Made by a program: the position numbers and the translations under genes. The notes below the pieces were generated by a model. It had not been told where the DNA came from and ran no database searches. It saw only the letters and a list, made by a program, of their open reading frames with translations. Below are positions 36,564 through 49,771 of a DNA stretch of 64,000 nt, piece by piece. Source of the DNA: Selaginella moellendorffii (taxonomy: Eukaryota > Plantae > Lycopodiophyta); assembly GCF_000143415.4 (NCBI RefSeq), contig NW_003314305.1, positions 1,398,834-1,462,833 on the forward strand, written 5' to 3'. The first letter of the stretch is position 1. Each line of letters begins with the position of its first letter.

Positions 36564-37244
36564 GTCCCACGACTAAATCATGGTAAGTTTTTAACTTCAA
36601 TGCCCTTTCCTTGTCCTGCTGCGTCTGATTTTAGATTTGCAGATGATTTCCTAGCAGCGTCTGCCTGGAAGAGCTCCAGGTCCCAAGAGCACGTTCGGGA
36701 CTGTCCGCTATGTGCTTGTTGCTGGTGGTGAGATTGTACCGTGTTACTGGTATTAACAAATATCCGTGAATTCGATTTCAGGCATTGCAACGGACTAGGA
36801 TGAAACTTCTTCCTTGGAAATGAAAAATGTTGAGAGAAAGACACCAACACTAGAGGTACTTTTGAGCTCTATCTAGCATCTTTTCTAAATGTAAATCGTT
36901 TTATTGTCGGCTTTCTATCGAATCAATAGTAACACTTGCTTTAACTTTCTTGCTTTCCCAGCATTGGTTTCAGTTTGATATTTTAGTGTTGATCTTCATT
37001 GCGGAAAGTTTTCTTCTAATTCTCAGGCTGCTTTGACAAGTTCCTCCAGAGGGTAAGCTGCGTTCTAAGTAAGTTTTTTCAAAGAGTTTCTATCGATCTT
37101 ATACTCACGGCATGCTTTGCAGTACCTGCTTCAGCTGAGGTAGCGTTTAGGGACATGCCAAGGACGTGATCTTCCTATCATGCAACTCAAATTATCCAGG
37201 TAACTCTCAAGTTTATCATGAGTCGAGAGACTGAGCCCTTTGTG

Positions 37245-37700
37245 TTTGACCAGTCCAGGGACAGGTGTGATCGCGGTCGCCACTTTCTCACGCTCCTCGT
37301 AGCAATTTCTTCCGAGCCAGAGTCCTGGAGATATGCTACAAACCAAGTACGAAGAGAGGCACACACCTTTACTTGGCTCATTCTCATGTCTATAACGACA
37401 AGTCCAGGTTTGATCCAGTTTCTTCTCACAAGATTTGCGTTTCCTGACCAGGATATCAGCAGTCCGAGAAATCTCTACTAGTTTTGGCGTGTGCGTATAT
37501 TGTGACTGTGGCATTGTGTCTCTGGAGTAGCACTCTTGGAAGGCCGACGACGTCGCTACAGCCAATGACCACCACTTTCTTCATCTCAAGAAGCTAAGGT
37601 CCACGAAACTTGGCTGGAAATCATCGAGAGCCAGAGGCCATCCACATCTTTCTTGAGGCTTATGTCTTGGAGCACGGTTTCCAGCCGGATCTTCTGAAAT
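37245..37700 (-). pseudogene. FolD (methylenetetrahydrofolate dehydrogenase/cyclohydrolase) fragment
   Basis: KKDVDG; SDVVGLP..LLQRHNATVT; RTADILV; NWIKPGLVVID; CYEE..VATAITPVPG, spread across frameshifts. Confidence 0.8.
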
Positions 37701-38216
37701 AGGGGAAGAAAACGATGAAGAGAATACTAGTATTCAAGCTTCTGGTACGTGGTCGTTAGAAATTCTTCTGACACTTCATTCGTTTGCTGGAACTTTGGAT
37801 GCGTGCCCTCGCAGTACAAGGACGAGCTCATTGGGAGTGCAGACGAGAGCCTGAAAGATCTTCTCGCAGTTCTCCTCCTCTCCAATCTTGTCTTCCCCGT
37901 TCACTGTATAAATCTGGGCCGTTAATTTATTTAAATCAAAGCTGTACATCTTAAAAGGATCTGAACCGTCGAATGTCAAACTGGTGACGTGTCATGTAAC
38001 TGATGATGTGGCTAGGATTGTATGTGGGATTTTCCATGTGAACATCTATTTGGACCAGGATGATTTACCAAATCTATTTTAATGTAGCTCCCACACGCGA
38101 TAAGAGTTTTCTGGGATCACCATGTTGATCTCACCGTGACAGCGGCTCAGAATTGGAGGCTTTTGATGGCAGCCAAGCCAACGTGGACCTGAAAACAGAG
38201 TTCTTTGGTCTACAAC

Positions 38217-38760
38217 TCAGGATTCTGGCAAGCTCCACACTGGAAACGAGTTCCATGACGCGGAAACATTCGTCGCCTGGTTATCCATTGTTACTGACAG
38301 AGGCCGACCAATGACAAACTTGTCACGACCACAAAGCACCGGAGGATCATCACCGGTGTCGGTCGCGGGAGGAAGTCTCGTAGACCAGAAACCTGTCCCC
38401 GACTGCATGGACATTCCATTGCTTCTGTCCCCTGTGAAGATGGAGCTCACGCCTGTATTGCTTGTGACCCAGAATCGAACCCACATAGTTGCCTTCCTGC
38501 TCCTCGGGTGTGTAAGGCTGCTTCCCGAGCTGGTGTTGGAGTGCTACCCACTGCCCACTGATTCTATCCAGGCCTGCTTGAGGGTCTGCGCGAACAAAGC
38601 GTTCCTGCTCTCGACTTAGTCGCGGAAGAGGCGGCGGCCTCATCTTCCTACCATACTTCGTCTTCACGTAGAGATCGTCGTCACGGCACAGGTCTCTGAT
38701 CGCAGCAATCTGTTCCTTCGTCCAGTAGAAGCGAGGAAGGGGCTGAAACTTGGCACCCAT
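38217..38760 (-). pseudogene. Stand-alone copy of the ~170-aa repeat unit of the PPR chimera (frameshifted)
   Basis: RDDDLYVKTKYGRK...HKQYRRELHLHRGQKQWNVHAV...DTGDDPPVLCGRDK...WNSFPVWSL. Confidence 0.75.
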
Positions 38761-38989
38761 CTCAGATGCTAGCTAGCTAAACCCCTCGCCAAAAGAAAAA
38801 CTTACCGAAAGCTCATCTTTTGACTAAAGAATGTTCCTTCTCTGCTAGAAAATACAATGGTTCAGAATCCGGACATGCAAGAGAAAGTACTTACAAAGAA
38901 TCTATAGACAAGCGTTGGCCTGTAGTCGCAAGAGCCGCGATTCAGCAGCAGCACCAGCAGCTTGAGCCGGAGTTAAATCTCGGAAAGTA

Positions 38990-41060
38990 TCAACCAGTGG
39001 GGGTGTTCTCTTTCGGTTCGTCCCAAGCTAGTAAGCTGTTCATGTCATTCGCTGAAAGAGGCTGCTCTTTTTGTTTCATTGGAAGGAGGTTCGTCTTCTG
39101 TTGGCTCATTTTGTAGATGTTCTCCTCCACGGTGTTACATATCTGGAAATGTCATCAGTAATTGGAAAACAGAAGAAACGTACGTAACTTACAATGAATC
39201 TATGTACAAGTGTCTTTAGACGTTGGCCAATCCTGTGGACTCGATTGATAGCCTGAGCTTCTACTGCCGGATTGAGCAAAGGCTCCACCAAAATAACGTG
39301 TTGGGCCTCTATTAAGTTCAGGCCATTGGCACCATGTTGAATGGGTAGTAACATGACTTGGATGTTCTCCTTCTTAAATTCCAAGATGGAAGAACCCATT
39401 TGTCTGTGAGAAACACAAAACGAGCACATGAGTAAAAGTAAAACAGATTATCGATGTTACCTGCGGTGCTTTAATCGAACCCAGCTGAGCTTGTGCTCTT
39501 CAGTGCGTGTTCTAATAAGTCCAGCACTTCTTGCCACGTCGAGAACACAAAAAATTTCACAAACGGATCGTCTTCTTTCAGACTAAAAATTCTCCTGACG
39601 ACAGCTTCAATCTTCAAAGTTGCAAAAGAATTGAAGTAAAACGCAGACGACAAAGCGAGATTACCTTTGTTCCATACGACCCTGCCACGGTTATAGATGT
39701 TTCTTCGTCCTCTTCTTCTTCCTGGAGGTTTTCCGCAATTTTCGAAGAAGCCGCTTCAGCATTGGCATAAGCAATATTAGAGACATAAGTCTGTTGTCTC
39801 GTTGGACATGCAATGCGCTTAAAATCAGCACCGATCGCTGGTGCTTTCTGGCAGTCCACAATAAGATTCAAACCTGCGAAATAAAATGAAAATTTGCTCA
39901 GGAAACCAACAAAGTAAGACACCAAAACTTACACTTGCCACAAAGCAAATGGCCGCATGGAAGGACCATTGCTCCAGATTCTAAGCTATCGTGGCAAACT
40001 GGGCAAGTTTCTCCTTCCAAACTGTTATGGCCCTCGTCCTTCTTATTCCTTACACCCTGCAATCCGGAAATGAGAGGAGCTGCGAATAAAAGAAAACTTA
40101 AGCCTAATACCTTCAAGTATCTGAGCTGCCTCTTCACACGAGATAGATTCTCAACAGCAACAAATTTTTCGTTGGTAAGCTCCGCGTTTCTAATTGCTAT
40201 CTCGTAGCCTTCATCACCAAAAGGATTGCCGTCTGCAGCCTTGGCACCTTGCAAACATAGCCTTGTTGTCGACATGCTCAGCTCGTCCAATGCAGTTAGA
40301 ACTAATTGTTGTGCTGTTGTCAAGCGTCTCGCCGCTGCATATTCGCTACGCAATGCCTGAATTGACACGGTTTGTCAAACAGACTTACAAATAAGCACAG
40401 GAGTGTTTACTTCAAGGTACTCGAGATGCTTCTTTGCGGCTTCGATCTCATCCTCCTCAAGGTTCGTTTCCGCTATCATGTATGCAAGTAAAATTTTTAA
40501 AACCATTTCCGTTTCAGAACATCTGTGCGTAACCTGTGAAAAGAAATATTTAAGCTCGACGCAAAGAAAAACAAAAGAAAAAAGTTAGAAAAACAAAAAG
40601 AAGTTGCCTTACCGCAGCTACTGCTGCTCCTTTTCTCCTGCCTGTGAACGTACTTGAGAAACAAAGGCGTCTTCTGCAGCAACAATGCCATCTAATTCAG
40701 CTGCTCGGGACGTCAAGTAAAATCGCCTATTTGCATATTTCTGTTTATCCACTAGATTGTACCTGAAACATGAGATCAATCGCACAATGAACACAAGTTA
40801 TCCCAGTGTGTCTAGGCTGGCACTGGGAACATTGTCCAGCGCGCTGCACATAATCGGGATTCGGATTCTGCATCCCGCCATCCATTTCAAGTAAGCGACT
40901 CAGTACGTGGTCACGAGTCTCATGGAGATAAGAACTTGAGGCCGTTAAGGTCGTGGTATCTACATGCTCACTAGAGTACCTTCCAAGAAAGATAAGGAAA
41001 ACATACCTTAGAACAAGACTAGAAGCATTCCGAAAGGCAGGTTCAGTGTTCATGGCATCT
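38990..41060 (-). pseudogene. 3' part of an SHPRH-like SNF2/RING E3 ligase
   Basis: CPVC..LPCGHLLC RING; GSYGTKIEAVV; LLPIQHGANGLNLIEAQHV..QAINRVHRIGQ. Frameshift near 39500, last RING Cys lost (CPTRQ), 5' half absent. Confidence 0.85.
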
Positions 41061-41299
41061 CAGTCATCGCTCAACATCAGTTTGGGTGAGACAGTTGATC
41101 TGAGACTGCCAAGAACGCCAGAATTGAGAGCATCAGGCTCTATATACAACATTCAGCAATCCTTGCATGCCAGACGTATATACAACATTGGGAGCGGGTG
41201 TCTTCTGCGGCTTGGTCCTGCTACCAGGGGAACCTCGTTCTATGACTCGTCACCAACAGACACAACGATTGTGGCTTTCCCAACGTATACTATAAAGTC

Positions 41300-43120
41300 A
41301 ACTAAACTACCATGTTAAAGTGGCCTTTACCATCAAAACCACTCAATATCGTTTTATATAGTGGTTGTAATTGAAGTATGGAATCTTGTGTGTGTATATA
41401 CAAGACTGCTATTTGTTTGTTAATATACAAAACTAAGTAATGTCAAAGGTAGTAAAATAAAATGATATTTCAATACCAACTAAAATATTTAGGCCTATAA
41501 TATAATAAAAATAATAATAATGCTAATAATAATATCAATAATAGAATTCAATGCATTGGTAAACTAAAATATATATTAATTGAATTAGATATAGTTTGTC
41601 ATCTGCTATAAATGATACAAGCCCCATCTTGTTATATTGTAAATAGTTTCTAGAACAAGTGAGAATATAAAAAGTCTGTTTAAAATAATAAAATACTATT
41701 TTATAAAAAATGGTATAAAGTATATAAGCTAATAGTTTTACATTTAACAAAGAGTTATATATCTTTTTCTTTGAAATAAATTTTGATTTCTTGGAAAAAT
41801 GAGTTTTTAACTTTAATTTTCTTTAAATTGAAAGATTGAGAAATATGCACAAAACTCTTGACCTTTGTGCCCTTTGCTACACAGTTTTCAATTTTTTTTA
41901 TAATATGAGGCAACAGATGTTTAACCACATGATGCAAATCAAACAAATGTAGGTGTATGGGCTATCATTAATGGCTTGGAACTCCCAAAGAACTCTTAGC
42001 ATGTGTGGAAGCTATATATAATATAGATTCAGGAAATCATCTTAATTCAAATAAACAAATTTAATTCTTCGGCATTTTGTGCATTGAGTTGAATTGTGTA
42101 GGATGGGATGACAATTAACTTGGGGTCCAAGGAGTTTGATGGCTACATTTTTTTACTTTCTAAACAATTTTCCCAAAAAATAAAGAATTGGCAAGTTTAA
42201 TGAGCTCTCCCATTTAACTTTAGAACATGGTAATAGAGTATATTTGTGTAAGTTGAAATTTGTAAATGCTATATTTGTGTTCATTTCCATGACTTTTGTA
42301 TTTTCCTAATAGAAGAGTGTATTGATAATGTTCTAGATTTAAAGTGCAAAGAAGTTTGATGTTATTTCTCTATCACCCACTAATTCTATAATTAGTAAAA
42401 AAAGTTATTTATTCAATATTGTTTTGCCTTAATAGATTGTATTTCCCACTAGTTTGGGAGTTATATATGTGTATTGTTTTTGCACATTTGTAAAAATTTA
42501 ATAATTAATTATTTAAGATTTTCTGATAAATATTTACTTCTTTTAAATTTTTTATAAAATTTAAATTATAAATAAAATATATAAATTAATACTTTTATTA
42601 AATAAAATAATTTTTTTAAAGAAAAAAATTGCAATAATAGTGCTGATAAAATAAACACAACTAAATTATTAACAAAAAGCTTTATATGTATTTATATTAA
42701 AACTTAGCATTATAGTTAGACAAAAATTATTTTTACCAACTGATTTAATTGCAGATTACAAATTAGATTTCTTATATATTCAATAGGCTTTTCTATTCTC
42801 TTTTTTCTTAAAGTCAAAATTTTTGGGATTACTAATTATTTTAATGTCAATTTTTATGATTCTAGTTTAAAACTATTTTAAAATTATTTAATATTCAAAT
42901 AATAATACTATATAATGTTTTTGTTGTAATTTAATACAAATTTTTTATTTAATTTATTGATTTGAAACTTTTAATTTTTATAATGTAATAAATTATTTTT
43001 AGATATTATACTATATAGGAGGAATAAATGCCAAGAAAGTTAAATATCTCTAGGGTTTAATATCTAATTTAAAGTTTATATCATATTGTTTTCCTGAACA
43101 TTTTAATTATGGTTTTACAT
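41300..43120. other. Very AT-rich noncoding island (probable non-autonomous TE remnant)
   Basis: Abrupt composition shift; no credible ORFs; termini not identified. Confidence 0.4.
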
Positions 43121-43884
43121 ATCAGGAATCGCTTACCAAGTCAGAGCATCAAGAATCATACCAGATGAGGTGTGGACAAGTGTCCAGACACTTTCAAGTG
43201 TTTTGCTGTGCACACATTCCAAGCGAACTGCAAAAGAAGCTAGATCCTAAGCAGGCTACAGCAAGACTTAGAAGGCCTATTGACTTTACAGCTTGGACCA
43301 GAAGCAGCTACTGATCAGTTGAGATGTTGTTTTTGACGAGACAACTCTCTATAAGGATTATCTCTCGTCACGCACTCAAGGTACTCACTCTGATGAGCAA
43401 ACTAATCCAGGATGGCTGCAGTTGCTAGAAGATGAGGAACCCCAGCTGCCAAAGTTTTTCCTCAACTTCCAATAACTCCTAGCACAAAGGCTAGCGATAG
43501 CTCTCCTCCAGACCACTTTCTTCCATGGTAAGTTTTCCAGGCGGCTCCTCCGTCTCCAAAAGCTTCAAGCTCTTCAAGCCCAGTGCTTCGGGTGCTTAAG
43601 CGTTTCCGACAAGTCACGCGATCAGGACGCAGAAGCTAATCCGCAGCTCAGCCGACTCCATCTGAGAGCTCTTCTTGTCCAAAACAGTAGCCATGGCTGA
43701 CTCTGCTACAAAGATCTCCTTGATCTTTTGTACCAGAGTTCGAGATATCAGCCATGGCTACTGTCTGGGGTTCCAGGTGCTGAGAGATGAACGACAGGTA
43801 TTCTTCACGTTGCTGAAATTCTCGGGTAAACACTTTGGAATATTTGCCTTTCTTTTTCTTTCTCTCTTGACTCATTTTTGGCTC

Positions 43885-44045
43885 TCTCCCTGGCTCAGGT
43901 TACGAGCAAACCTTTGGAAACAAGTTGAGGCAATTGAAGGCTGCCAAGCAGCACGCCTGGCCATGGCTCGACGAGGCTCTAGCTTTGCATTGCTCTAGCT
44001 TTTTCTTCATCCTTCTTTTTTATCTAGGATCCAGTCAATGTGGAG
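43885..44045 (+). pseudogene. YKT6 exon/intron fragment
   Basis: ctggctcagg..tacgagcaaac..gcacgcctggccatggctcgacgaggctct..ctaggatccagtcaatgtgga matches 16950-17136. Confidence 0.85.
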
Positions 44046-44295
44046 TCAGAGTGAGATAGCATTTATTCTTTCTGGTTTTTTCTCTCGGCCTGATGCTCGT
44101 GAGTTTCTCTTTCTCGCGTTTTCGCAATTGTGTTTATTTCCCTTGCCACGTGCCTGACACGTCATATACTTACGTGTCATATTTTGTCACATCCACGTGT
44201 ACCTTGACGTTAGGGCTCTTCTGTTTCTTCGTTCTCTTCAAATTTTGATCGCGAAGATCAAAGAACAAGAAATTCTCCAATGCTTCCACACGATC

Positions 44296-46388
44296 ATGCC
44301 AGTCTCGAGGAGGAGAAGCAGCACAGTGACGCTCGCGAGGAAACACTTGACGTTCTTCCGCCTCCACCTGGCCTACTTCATCGCCATCGCCATCGCCGGG
44401 ACGTGGATCCTCTGGGGGATTGGAGCCCGCCGCCATAGCAAGATCTCCCACCTGAAATTCATCGACTGCTTCTACCTCATCACCTCCGCGCTCTGCATCA
44501 CCGGCCTCGCCAGCGTCCCGATCGAGAGCATCCCCCCCGGCGGCCAAGTCGTGCTCATGCTGATGATGATCCTGGGCGGCCAGGTCGTCACCTCGGTGGT
44601 TCCACTCTTCGTCAAGAAGCGGCGCTACTGCGACGTCGCCAGGCAAGTCCTCGAGCAGGATGATCGCAAGCGGCCATCGTCGAGCTCTAATCCCGACAGT
44701 GATCGCGATCTCGTCCCCAATCCAAACGCCCAAGCTCCTCAAAATCGTGAAGACGATGCTACTCCTACTAGCGCTACCACACCCTCGAGCTCGCAAGGAC
44801 CTCCAGGATCTCTTAAAAGAACGCAAAGCGGTGCTGTCCGGCTCTTGAGGAGATTGAGCGGCTCCATGAAGCTCCGCTCCAAGGAGGACGTCTGGATGCG
44901 CGAGATGGCGTCCAAAAAGCACGCCCAGCACTTGCGCGAGATCTTCCAAGAGCACAGCGCGACCGTGTCACTCACCTGGATCGTCGTCTGGTACTACATC
45001 CTCGTCCATCTCATCGGCTTCTTCATCACCTGGGGATGCATACTGGGCGATGCCAGCGCCAAGTCGAGCCTGGAGAGCAAGAACATCAACATCGGCTTCT
45101 TCGCGCTCTTCCTCACAGTCTCATCTTTCGCGAATGCCGGGTTCGTCCTCGTCGATGAAAACATGACCCTCTTCAGCTCCTCCACCGTGCTGCTGCTGGC
45201 GCTGGCGGCGATCATCCTCCTGGGCAACACCATGTTTGCGCCATCGCTGCGCGGGATCATCTGGCTGCTCCACCGAGTCGACGCCACCCGGCGCGAGGAC
45301 TACGAGTTCCTGCTGGAGCACCCCAGGAAGTGCTACACGCACTTGTTCCCGCGGACCACCACCCTCTGGTTAGTTCTCGCCGTCACCGGGTTCAATGGGT
45401 TTGAGTGCCTCATGTTTTACATTTTGGACTGGAAAAGCAAGGCCTTGGAGGGTTTCGGCACAGGTGACAAGGTTGTCAATGGCATCTTTCAGTCTGTTAA
45501 CACGCGGAGTGCAGGCATGAACTCCATGAACCTTGCAGATCTCTCGCCCTCAATGCTCTTCCTCTACTGCGGCATGATGTAAGTTACTATTACTCCCACC
45601 TATTTTTCTTCTTCCCGGCATTTTTAGAAGAGAGAGAAAAGGTGGCAGCTTGAGTTTACTGAGCGTGAGAATGCAATGGTTTTGCAGGTATATTGCTGCT
45701 TACCCGGTATTCCTCTCGCGGCAGTACTCACGACACTACGAAGCCAAAGAGCAGCGGGCTTCCGTGATTGTGGGGCTGGACCGGGACGTTTTGGACACCA
45801 CAATCACGACCCAGTCCAAGAGATTGCTGGCTCAGGACTGGGCCTACCTCTTCCTCGCCACCTTTTTCATCTGCGTGTCGGACAACAAGCAGCTCAAAAG
45901 CGACCCCCGCAACTTCACCATCTTTAGCGTCATCTTCGAGGTCATAAGGTACGAAAACTCTTCGAGTTGCAAGACAAAATCTCTAAAACTTCGAAATTCA
46001 TACAAGTTATCATCTAAGTTACAAAATCATCATCTCTCCTCTGATCAAGCTCACGAGTTTCTGATTTGATCGAACTTGCAGCGCGTACGGCAATGTCGGG
46101 CTGACGCTGGGCTACAGCTGCAGCCTGAGGATCGATTCGGCGCCATGCACGGACGTCCCGTACAGCTTCTCGGGCAAATGGGGCGTTGTTGGCAAGCTCT
46201 TGCTCATCCTGGTCATGTTTCTCGGCAGACACAGGGGTCTACCAGATAGCATCGACTCCGCGATCTTGCTCCCAGAGGATAAGTTCTACACCATGTTGCG
46301 GAGCCAGACCGTAGCACAACCCGATGGCTCCATCATGGTAATCGCACCACCGAGATCGGAATGTACAGATCTTGTTGATTTGTCGTGA
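44296..46388 (+). CDS. HKT: HKT/Trk cation transporter 1 (exons 44296-45578, 45688-45948, 46082-46388)
   Basis: Pore loops [29 protein letters not shown]; typical two 3' introns. Confidence 0.92.
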
Positions 46389-47032
46389 AACAAAGATAAA
46401 GACGAGAACCTCTTTTCGGAAAGCTGCAGAACACCATCGGCAAAAAGAAGAAAAAAAAAGGAGCACATACCTTTGTGTACAGTCCTCTCGAGATTAAGAT
46501 TCTTGCACACTTTAAGAGAAAATCGTGGAAGTCGTTTGGTTCTTGCTTGCTGATCGGATGGACGAAGGGCCAACGTATGCCACACTTGGTGCGAGGCCTG
46601 GAAGTGGGAAGATCAAAACAGAGTGAAAAGAAGGCTTTTTTACCTCCACTAAATGATGGAGAAAGTATTCGCTCGCTGTAGCCACGAACAGGATTACTCG
46701 ATCCACACCACCGACGGGGGGGAGCATATAAGTTTCCTTCGCCGCAATGCTCGATCCACCACTCGTTGGGAGCAACACATCACGTTATGGAGTCAAAGTC
46801 TGATAGTAACTTGTGTTAATGCGCTCGCCAAGTCTTCTACTGACTTTGTAGGAGGTCTGAGTCGAGCGTTTTCGAGCGAGCGAGCGAGAGCTAAACTTCT
46901 CCATAGAATTTACCCCGCTGGCCTATTTAATCCCCTGTGCTTGAGAGTGTCCCCGCGCAACACTACCAGTGCTTGTACTGTATAGATTTTGTGGCCGATT
47001 CTCTATGATGAGCTGATGCGCAGCAGCTGGCG

Positions 47033-48774
47033 ATGGATGTTTCAGCTGTTCTGCGGAGATTGGCGAAGAAGAGACCGAGTTACTACCACCTCCACGTCCT
47101 CTACTTCGTCGGCCTCAGCCTGCTCGGGGCTCTCCTCCTCCGGAGCTTTGGAACGAGAAAAGGATCCACGCATAACCACTTTAGCTTCCTGGACTGCTTC
47201 TACACGGCTGTGTCGGCGATGTGCCTCAGCGGACTCTCGAGTATTCAGATCGAGGACATTCCAGCGTCTGGCCAGGTGCTTGTCATGGTGCTGATGGTCC
47301 TGGGAGGCCAGGTTTTGTTATCGGTTGTCCCGCTGCTTGTCAAGAAGCACAGGTACTGCAAGATAGCCAGGATGGCGTTGAGGCCCCGAGTAAAGAGCAA
47401 CAGCCTGTTTAAGTCGCTGTATAGAACTCTCTGCTTGCGATCCAATGACGACCTCTGGATGGAGTCCTTGGCTTCCAGGCCAAACCTTCCCGAGCCTTTC
47501 AAAGTTGTCTTCCTTGAGCACCAAGCCATTTGTCACCTAGCTGACATTGTTGTGTGGTACTTGCTGGCTGTTCACTTGCTCGGCTTCGTCGTCGCATGGA
47601 TTTCCATCCAGTGCTCTTTAAACACCAAGTCAGTACTTGAGAGTAAGACAATCAACCCGGGCTTCTTCGCGCTCTTTGCAACCATCTCGGCTTTCAACAA
47701 CATCGGCTTCGTGCTTACGAACGAAAACTTAGTCGCCTTCAACACGAACAGCGTTTTGCTTCTCGATCTCGGCCTCGTCATTCTGCTTGGTAACACCCTG
47801 TTCCCTGTTGCCTTGCGAGGAATTCTATGGCTGCTCTACCGCTACACCACAGGAACGAAGAAGGAAGTCTACACGCTCCTGCTAGAGCATCCCAGAAAAT
47901 ACTACTTACACCTGTTCCCCAAAACTGCAACGCTCTGGCTGTTACTGGCTGTCACAGGTTCCAATGCATTAGGAGGCCTCATCTTCTGCGCCCTGGACTG
48001 GAACAACGAGGCGCTCGATGGACTACGCCCTGGTGAAAAGCTTGTCAATGGTCTCTTCCAGTCGTTCAGTACGCGCAGTGGTGGTATGAACTCGTTGAAC
48101 CTCGTGGAGCTCTCGCAAGCCACGCTCTTCTTCTACTGCGTTATGATGTGAGTCGTTATCTGCTGAAGAGATCGTCATTGTCTATATACTTTGCAGGTAT
48201 ATCAAGCCGTACCCTGTGTCGCTGAGAGAAGAACAGAGCAGAGAAGATGATACCACACTGTTGACACAGTCCAGACGAAACCTTGCCAACGACAACACCT
48301 TCCTGTTCCTTCTTGTGATCTTCAGCAGCATCTCTCTCAACAGCCAAATGGAAAAGGATCCCCGGAACTTCAACCTGTTCGCCATACTCTTCGAAGTTGC
48401 AAGGTTGGCCTTCGCTTTTTTTGTCCTGACATTTTCTCTCTCGCTGCTGTCTACACGTTCCTAAAGCTTTTCCCTGTTTTCGTCCCACATGCAGTGCCTA
48501 CGGATGCGTCGGCTTGACTCTTGGATACAGCTGCAACTTGAGGCTCCAACCCGGCCATTGCAAGGACACCACGCTCAGCTTCTCAGGAACTTGGAACGCC
48601 CCAGGAAAAATGTTTATCATCGCTGTCATGTTCATTGGCCGCCACCGTGACCTTCCCTATCACATTGATTCCACAACCGACATGGAAAAAATAACCAGAC
48701 TGTCGAGAAGGCCAAGCTTCATAGCTCTGACTCAGCCACCTGTTGTAGTACCAGAATCTACCCCTCCTGTTTGA
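47033..48774 (+). CDS. HKT: HKT/Trk cation transporter 2 (exons 47033-48147, 48197-48403, 48495-48774)
   Basis: Pore loops SAMCLSGL, AFNNIGF, TRSGGM, SAYGCVGL. Confidence 0.92.
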
Positions 48775-48855
48775 AAGTCTTGCTAAAGTTGAGTCTTCCA
48801 CATTTACATGCCCATACTGCTCCCTTTTTGTTGACCCCGCTGCCTAAGTAGTCCG

Positions 48856-49655
48856 TCACAAGTAGCGTGACGCTAATGCTTTTTCTGCTTGCAATGCCCA
48901 CAACGACCCTTCGTAAGGTCGGGCATACTTGAAAAAGCTTTCAGCCATTCCCTGTGTAAAACGCAAAGCAGAAGAGAAAGCTAAGGTTTGAAAATACCAC
49001 TTGATAAAAAATGTGCATACCAATCCATTCGCAGACACAGCCTCAGAACTTCCTTCAGAGAAAAAGGACTTAACTCCACTTTTATGCTGCAGAAAACAAC
49101 AGATTCTAAATCCGCAAGCAGTACAGGAAAAGAAAATCTTACAGCGGCTCGCTTGGGTGGAGGCTGGTTCAAAATCTTCTGTGCTCTATTCAATCGATCG
49201 TTGTAGTATTCATACGTTGTGGCACCGGGAGGAGCTTGATTTGGATCCTTCACATTGTTCTCTACCTGGAAAAAGTGAGACAAGATGCGTCAACCGTAGC
49301 GAACTGTTTAAAGTTTCCGGGAAGAATCAAGAATAAAAATCATACCTGGGTTTTAAAACCTTTATAATGTGGCCAGGCACCTCGCGAGTACTGGTCAAGA
49401 TCAAACAGTAGCATTTTCTGCTTGCAGCATGGCTTCTCATCATTGGCCGTGGCGCTTTGTGGATTGTGATCGGGAATATGGCCCATGTAACCAGGGATTG
49501 GATATTTCCCGACCTTCCGCCTGGAAACGAGAAATTTCAAGCACAGAAATGAAGAGAAGTGATTACCTTGGCACCCGATCCTTTTGCTTGCGGATTTCTT
49601 CCGCAATGTGCCCTGTCCGTATCCATCGTCCCTGGATCCTGCAAGACGCAGCCAT
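48856..49655 (-). CDS. Multi-exon hypothetical protein with a PIPGYMGHIP motif (possible flagellar microtubule inner protein); 5' end may lie in the gap
   Basis: Exons can be joined through GT-AG introns; the motif resembles the PGYxG repeats of ciliary MIPs. Confidence 0.45.
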
Positions 49656-49671
49656 CACAGCGCTAAATCCC

Positions 49672-49771
49672 NNNNNNNNNNNNNNNNNNNNNNNNNNNNN
49701 NNNNNNNNNNNNNNNNNNNNNNNNNNNNNNNNNNNNNNNNNNNNNNNNNNNNNNNNNNNNNNNNNNNNNNN
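49672..49771. other. Assembly gap (100 N)
   Basis: N run. Confidence 1.

Noticed and set aside
38990-41060. Functional SHPRH gene
   Set aside because: 5' half missing, frameshift near 39500, RING Cys lost
43130-43880. Exon-like sequence after the AT island
   Set aside because: No consistent frame or recognisable motif
44170-44955. 261-aa antisense ORF, and similar shadow ORFs over SPHK, UBP, BBE and TRM9
   Set aside because: By-products of GC-rich codons on the opposite strand
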